From the NCBI GenBank assembly GCA_964016885.1, contig OZ024757.1:6510001-6574000 (forward strand): DNA of 64,000 nt. The letters are read 5' to 3'. Under the pieces are notes generated by a model, which saw nothing but the letters and a program-made list of their open reading frames with translations, had not been told where the DNA came from and made no database searches. Source of the DNA: Eledone cirrhosa (lineage: Eukaryota). Shown here piece after piece: positions 55,039 to 64,000 of this stretch. The number at the start of each line of letters is the position of its first letter. Position 1 is the stretch's first letter. Made by a program: the position numbers and the translations under genes.

Positions 55039-57540
55039 GGACTCCAATCGAGCCAGTGACTGGGAGCGGTTGTTCTATTTCGCCCCACTCACCCTCGGCC
55101 TCCCCAGCTCTGGCGCTGACCGGTTAACAGCAGCCTTCGTCAAGGCCAATGTCTCGTCATTTGGGCGAGCGCCTATTCCAAGCTCAGCCACCCCCTCTCC
55201 TCCACCCCCGAGGCCAGCGCCAAGCGTTTGCGTGACCAGGTAAACGCAAAGCTTATCATGGGTGATGTCTCGGCCGCAGTCAGAGTTGTTGCTTCAGAGG
55301 GCACTGTCCTCGAATCCACCGAGGAAGTCCTGGCTGCTCTGCGGCTCAAACACCCTGAGCCACCCACTGATCTCAGACCCATACCCCCACCCGACCCCCA
55401 CTTGCTCCTTGTGGCTACTGATGCAGATATCATGCTCGCCATCAGGTCCTTCCCAGCTAGCAGCTGCGGAGGTGTTGATGGTCTCCGACCAGACCACCTC
55501 AGGGAGTTGAAATCCCCCCCTCTCTGCTGAGGCCGGGCACCGCCTTCTGAATGCAATTGTGACGCTCACCAATAGGCTCATTCATGGTGCTCTCGACCCT
55601 TACACCCGAGGCCTTTTTTTTTCAGCCAGACTCACCGCTCTCAGGAAGAAAGAGAGTGGCATACGCCCCATTGCTGTGGGCAATGTCTTCCGGAGGCTGG
55701 CTGCCAAGGTGATCTGCAAGTCCTTCACACTCGAACTGGGTGAGGAGTTTATTCCGGTGCAACTGGGTGTCGGCGTGTCCGGTGGCTGCGAGGGAGACTC
55801 TCATGCAATCAGGCAGTTCTTCAGCAGCTGCCCATCGGTACCGACATCCAGGGACTCCAGGCACCTCATTGTCAAGCTTGACATGAGGAATGCCTTCAAC
55901 TCTTTACGCTGGGATCATCTGATGGAGGCCTGCCTCAGCCGAGCCCCCTCAGCCTACCCGCTGGCCTACCTGTCATATGGAGCCCCGAGCATGCTACTAG
56001 CTGCTGATACGGTCATATCCTCGGCTACTGGGGTCCCACAGGGCGACCTTTTGGGACCCCTCCTGTTCGCCCTTGGTGTTGACCACATCGCCCGGAGTAT
56101 CACGGCCCCTCTCAACGTTTGGTATCTGGATGATGCTACGTTGGGAGGGGGCCCGTACAGATGGTCTGCCATGACCTTAAATCGGTGATTCCTGCCCTGG
56201 CGGGAATTGGCCTCCAGGTCAACTCAGCCGAGTCGGAAGTGGTGAACGTCAGCCTCGATGCTGTGAGCTTTGCAGCCTCCGTCCTGGACGTGCGGTTCAT
56301 TCTCCGCCAGGTTCAGGTGACCCCCAGCTCTCTTTCTGCTGAGGAACTGCTTCGCCATGCCGAAGCTCCTCTATACACTCCGCAGCACTACATGATACAC
56401 CCAGACATCTCTCCTCGCTGACCTCGATACTTGTATCCGAGCAGCAGCCGAGGGGATATGCAACGTCAAGTTTGACGACATAGGGTGGCAACAGGCCACT
56501 TTACCAATCAGGTATGGCGGCCTTCGCCTCCAGTCCCCGATCTCAGTAGCTTTGCTGGCGTATCTTTCGTCGGTAACCTCGTCAGCAGGGTTTTTCAAAA
56601 CACAACAGAACCCTCTGTGTTCAGATAACGTGAGGCCGCCTGTGAGACGTGGGACCGGCTAGGACTTAGCCCAGTAGACGTCCCTCCTCCTTCTCCCCCT
56701 GTTGACTTCAATTCCCCGCAGCGCACTTGGGATGCCATCCAGTGCAGCCTGGCCTCAGACAGGCTCACGCGCCAGCTCGACCAGCACCGCCTTGCTTGTT
56801 TTCGTGCGGCCTCCAAACCCCACAGTGGTGCCATGCTCTGCCCTCCTTCTGCACTGGCACACAGCTGGATAACCATAGCCTGCGCATCGGCGTTTCCTTG
56901 AGGCTCGGCCTCACACAATGTCGCTGCGGTTCCACCGTGGACTCTTTCGGCCTCCACCCGCTTTCCTGTCGCCACAGTGCCGGTCGCATTCTACGCCATA
57001 CTGCCCTCAACGAGGTTATTAAGCATGGCTTGGACGCTGCAGGCTTCTCTTCCCAGTTCGAGCCGGTGGAGCTGGATCGAGGGGACGGCAAAAGGCCAGA
57101 TGGCATGACCATCTTCCCGTTCCGCGGTGGCAAACCCCTCGTCTGGCATGCCACTTGCACCGACACTTTCTGCAGCCGCAACCTGGTGCAGTCTGCGACT
57201 GACCCAAGTTCTGCTGCACGTCCGGCTGAGGGGGCCAAACTCCTCACATATCGGTCGCTCTCCGACAGGTTTGCGGTCGTACCCCTGGAAGTGGAAACTT
57301 CTGGTGTCCTCGGCCCCAAGGCTACCTCCTTACTCACCACCATAGGCGCTGAGCTGGCCAGCCGTAGGTGTGAGCCCCGCGAGTTGGAGTGGCTTTTCCA
57401 GCGCGTCTCCCTTGCCGTCCTCCGGGGAAACGCCTTCTCCATTCTGTCCGCCGGGGCTGTGGGTGGGCCCCATCACGTACCAATACATTAGTTAAATACC
57501 ATTCTTTCATCCCAGTAGTGTTAAATAAACATGTTTGTGG
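55039..57540 (+). mobile_element. CRE-clade-like non-LTR retrotransposon (RT + CCHC + restriction-like endonuclease), 5'-truncated and frameshifted
   Basis: RT motifs GIRPIAVG, KLDMRNAFN, GVPQGD.LGPLLF and WYLDD. Also LPIRYGGL, CRCG..H...C, RH, KRPDG, VETSG and QRVSLAVLRGNA. AATAAA at 57524-57529. Markedly GC-rich. Confidence 0.85.
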
Positions 57541-57541
57541 T

Positions 57542-60500
57542 CATATACACACATACATACATATATGGCGACATACACAAATATACATATACACACATAC
57601 ATACATATATGGCGACATACACAAATATACATATACACACATACATACATATATGGCGACATACACAAATATACATATACACACATACATACATATATGG
57701 CGACATACACAATATACATATACACACATACATACATATATGGCGACATACACAAATATACATATACACACATACATACATATATGGCGACATACACAAA
57801 TATACATATACACACATACATATATGGCGACGTACACAAATATACATATACACACATACATACATATATGGCGACATACACAAATATACATATACACACA
57901 CACATACTTACATATATGGCGACATACACAAATATACATATACACATATACATACATATATGGCGACATACACAAATATACATATACACACATACATACA
58001 TATATGGCGACATACACAAATATACATATACACACACACATACTTACATATATGGCGACATACACAAATATACATATACACATATACATACATATATGGC
58101 GACATACACAAATATACATACACACACATACATACATATATGGCGACGTACACAAATATACATATACACATACATACATACATGCATATATGGCGACGTA
58201 CACAAATATACATACACACACATACATACATACATATATGGTGACGTACACAAATATACATACACACATACATACATATATGGCGACATACACAAATATA
58301 CATATACACACATACATATATGGCGACATACACAAATATACACATACACACATACATATATGGCGACATACACAAATATACACATACACACATACATATA
58401 TGGCGACATACACAAATATACACATACACACATACATACATACATATATGGCGACATACACAAATATACATATACATACATACATACATATATGGCGACA
58501 TACACAAATATACATATACACACATACATACATATATGGCGACATACACAAATATACATATACACACATACATACATATATGGCGACATACACAAATATA
58601 CACATACACACATACATATATGGCGACATACACAAATATACACATACACACATACATACATACATATATGGCGACATACACAAATATACATACACACACA
58701 TACATACATACATATATGGCGACATACACAAATATACATATACACACATACATACATACATATATGGCGACATACACAAATATAAATACACACACACACA
58801 TACATACATATATGGCGACATACACAAATATACATACACACACATACATACATATATGGCGACATACACAAATATACATATACACACATACATACATATA
58901 TGGTGACGTACACAAATATACATATACACACATACATACATATATGGCGACGTACACAAATATAAATACACACACATACATACATACATATATGGCGACA
59001 TACACAACTATACATACACACACATACATACATATATGGCGACATACACAAATATACATATACACACATACATACATATATGGCGACATACACAAATATA
59101 CATATACACACATACATACATACATATATGGTGACGTACACAAATATACACATACACACATACATACTTACATATATGGTGACATACACAAATATACATA
59201 TACACACATACATATATGGCGACGTACACAAATATACATATACACATACATACATACATATATGGCGACATACACAAATATACATATACACACATACATA
59301 CATACATACATATATGGTGACGTACACAAATATACATATACACACATACATACTTGCATATATGGCGACGTACACAAATATACATATACACACATACATA
59401 CATATATGGCGACGTACACAAATATAAATACACACACATACATACATACATATATGGCGACATACACAACTATACATATACACACATACATATATGGCGA
59501 CATACACAAATATACATATACACACATACATACATATATGGCAACATACACAAATATACATACACACACATACATACATATATGGCAACATACACAAATA
59601 TACATACACACACATACATACATATATGGCGACATACACAAATATACATATACACACATACATACATATATGGCAACATACACAAATATACATACACACA
59701 CATACATACATATATGGCGACGTACACAAATATACAAATACACACATACATACATACATACATATATGGCGACGTACACAAATATACATATACACACATA
59801 CATACATATATGGCAACATACACAAATATACATACACACACATACATACATATATGGCGACATACACAAATATACATATACACACATACATACATATATG
59901 GCGACGTACACAAATATACATATACACATACATACATATATGGCGACATACACAAATATACATATACACACATACATAGATATATGGCGACATACACAAA
60001 TATACATATACACACATACATACATATATGGCGACATACACAAATATACAAATACACACATACATACATATATGGCAACATACACAAATATACATATACA
60101 CATATACATACATACATATATGGCGACATACACAAATATACATATACACACATACATATATGGCGACGTACACAAATATACATATACATACATACATATA
60201 TGGCGACATACACAAATATACATATACACACATACATATATGGCGACGTACACAAATATACATATACATACATACATATATGGCGACATACACAAATATA
60301 CATACACACATACATACATATATGGCGACATACACAAATATACATATACACACATACATACATATATGGCGACGTACACAAATATACATATACACACATA
60401 CATACATACATATATGGCGACATACACAAATATACATATACACACATACATACATATATGGCGACATACACATATACATATATACACACACATACATATA

Positions 60501-63500
60501 TGGCGACATACACAAATATACATATACACACATACATACATATATGGCGACATACACAAATATACATATACACACATACATACATACATATATGGCGACG
60601 TACACAAATATACATATACACACATACATACATATATGGCGACGTACACAAATATACATATACACACATACATACATACATATATGGCGACATACACAAA
60701 TATACATATACACACATACATACATATATGGCGACATACACAAATATACATATACACACATACATACATACATATATGGCGACATACACAAATATACATA
60801 TACACACACACATACATATACACACATACACACATACATATATGGCGACGTACACAAATATACATACACACACATACATATATGGCGACGTACACAAATA
60901 TACAAATACACACATACTTACATATATGGCGACATACACAAATATACATACACACACATACATACATATATGGCGACGTACACAAATATACATATACACA
61001 CATACATACATACATATATGGCGACATACACAAATATACATATACACACATACATAGATATATGGCGACATACACAAATATACATATACACACATACATA
61101 CATATATGGCGACGTACACAAATATACAAATACACACATACATACATACATACATATATGGCGACGTACACAAATATACATATACACACATACATACATA
61201 TATGGCGACATACACAAATATACATATACACACATACATACATACATATATGGCGACATACACAAATATACATATACACATATACATACATACATATATG
61301 GCGACATACACAAATATACATACACACATACATACATACATATATGGCGACGTACACAAATATACACATACACACATACATACATACATATATGGCGACA
61401 TACACAAATATACATATACACATATACATACATATATGGCGACATACACAAATATACATATACACATATACATACATATATGGCGACGTACACAAATATA
61501 CATATACACACATACATACATATATGGCGACATACACAAATATACACATACACACATACATACATACATATATGGCGACATACACAAATATACATATACA
61601 CACATACATACATATATGGCGACATACACATATACATATATACACACACATACATATATGGCGACATACACAAATATACATACACACACATACATACATA
61701 CATATATGGCGACGTACACAAATATACATACACACATACATACATATATGGCGACATACACAAATATACATATACACACATACATACATACATATATGGC
61801 GACATACACAAATATACATATACACACACACATACATATACACACATACACACATACATATATGGCGACGTACACAAATATACATACACACACATACATA
61901 CATATATGGCGACATACACAAATATACATATACATACATACATACATACATACATACATGGCGACATACACAAATATACATATACACACATACATACATA
62001 TATGGCGACATACACAGATATACATATACACACATACATACATATATGGCGACATACACAAATATACATATACACACATACATACATATATGGCGACGTA
62101 CACAAATATACATATACACACATACTTACATATATGGCGACGTACACAAATATACATATACACACATACATAGATACATATATGGCGACATACACAAATA
62201 TACATATACACACATACATACATATATGGCGACATACACATATACATATATACACACACATACATATATGGCGACATACACAAATATACATACACACACA
62301 TACATACATACATATATGGCGACGTACACAAATATACATACACACATACATACATATATGGCGACATACACAAATATACATATACACACATACATACATA
62401 CATATATGGCGACATACACAAATATACATATACACACACACATACATACATATATGGCGACATACACAAATATACATATACACACATACATACATATATG
62501 GCGACATACACAAATATACATATACACACATACATACATACATATATGGTGACATACACAAATATACATATACACACACACATACATATACACACATACA
62601 CACATACATATATGGCGACGTACACAAATATACATACACACACATACATACATATATGGCGACATACACAAATATACATATACACACACACATACATACA
62701 TATATGGCGACATACACAACTATACATATACACACATACATACATATATGGCGACATACACAAATATACATATACACACATACATACATACATATATGGC
62801 GACATACACAAATATACATATACACACATACATATATGGCGACATACACAAATATACATATACACATACATACATACATATATGGCGACATACACAAATA
62901 TACACATACACACATACATACATACATATATGGCGACGTACACAAATATACATATACACACACATACATACATATATGGCGACATACACAAATATACATA
63001 TTCACACATACATACATATATGGCGACATACACAAATATACATATACACACATACATACATATATGGCGACATACACAAATATACATATACACACATACA
63101 TATATGGCGACATACACAAATATACATATACACACATACATAGATATATGGCGACATACACAAATATACATATACACACATACATACATACATATATGGT
63201 GACATACACAAATATACATATACACACACACATACATATACACACATACACACATACATATATGGCGACGTACACAAATATACATATACACACATAGATA
63301 CATATATGGCGACATACACAAATATACATATACACACATACATAGATACATATATGGCGACATACACACATATACATATACACACATACATACATACATA
63401 TATGGCGACGTACACAAATATACATATACACACATACATACATATATGGCGACATACACAAATATACATATACACACATACATACATATATGGCGACGTA

Positions 63501-64000
63501 CACAAATATACATATACACACATACATACATATATGGCGACATACACAAATATACATATACACACATACATATATGGCGACATACACAAATATACATATA
63601 CACACATACATACATACATATATGGCGACATACACAAATATACATACACACACATACATACATATATGGCGACATACACAAATATACATATACACACATA
63701 CATAGATACATATATGGCGACATACACAAATATACATATACACACATACATACATATATGGCGACATACACAAATATACATATACACACATACATACATA
63801 CATATATGGCGACATACACAAATATACATATACACACACACATACATATATGGCGACATACACAAATATACATATACACACATACATAGATACATATATG
63901 GCGACATACACAAATATACATATACACACATACATACATATATGGCGACATACACAAATATACATACACACACATACATACATATATGGCGACATACACA
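57542..64000. repeat. Complex satellite, ~38-50-bp units (ATATGGCGAC[A/G]TACACAAATATACATATACAC(ACAT)n), running off the window
   Basis: Constant GGCGAC anchor with a variable CA/CATA microsatellite interior. The modal unit is 42 bp. Confidence 0.97.

Noticed and set aside
57389-64000. Many long H/T/Y/I- and C/V/M-rich ORFs on both strands
   Set aside because: They are stop-free readings of a CA/TA satellite, and unit lengths are often not multiples of three.
57542-64000. CRISPR-like look (constant anchor with variable spacers)
   Set aside because: The spacers are length variants of one microsatellite, not unique sequences. There are no cas genes and the context is eukaryotic.

Overview
Repeat-rich, AT-rich animal genomic DNA. 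It is most likely a coleoid cephalopod (Octopus-like); this is inferred from the [13 protein letters not shown]-type poly-C2H2 genes, the tRNA-derived CORE- and Nin-type SINEs, the RTE LINEs and the abundant TA microsatellites. The window is part of a tandem C2H2 zinc-finger gene cluster built from repeated 20-30 kb cassettes. Each cassette has an AT-rich promoter and non-coding exon 1, a TE-filled intron, and one coding exon on the minus strand. There is one intact 22-finger gene (15550-17496), one disrupted 27-finger paralog (46028-48371), and four copies of the putative promoter/exon 1. The rest is decayed TEs: several RTE LINE families with a PHD finger inside the RT, DD37D/maT remnants, hAT, piggyBac, foldback and Helitron-like non-autonomous elements, three SINE types, and a GC-rich CRE-clade (RLE) retrotransposon. 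Tandem repeats include a pure 3.1-kb (ATTAT)n, a 40-bp minisatellite and a satellite of more than 6.4 kb. The most notable structures are: (1) a 460-bp, ~99% identical inverted repeat covering the splice acceptor of the intact ZNF gene; (2) a CRE element fused in sense to a ZNF promoter copy; (3) an ~8-kb near-identical duplication that begins at the (ATTAT)n; (4) a 78-bp minisatellite made from a dead zinc finger. All alignments and counts were done by eye, and TE boundaries are approximate.
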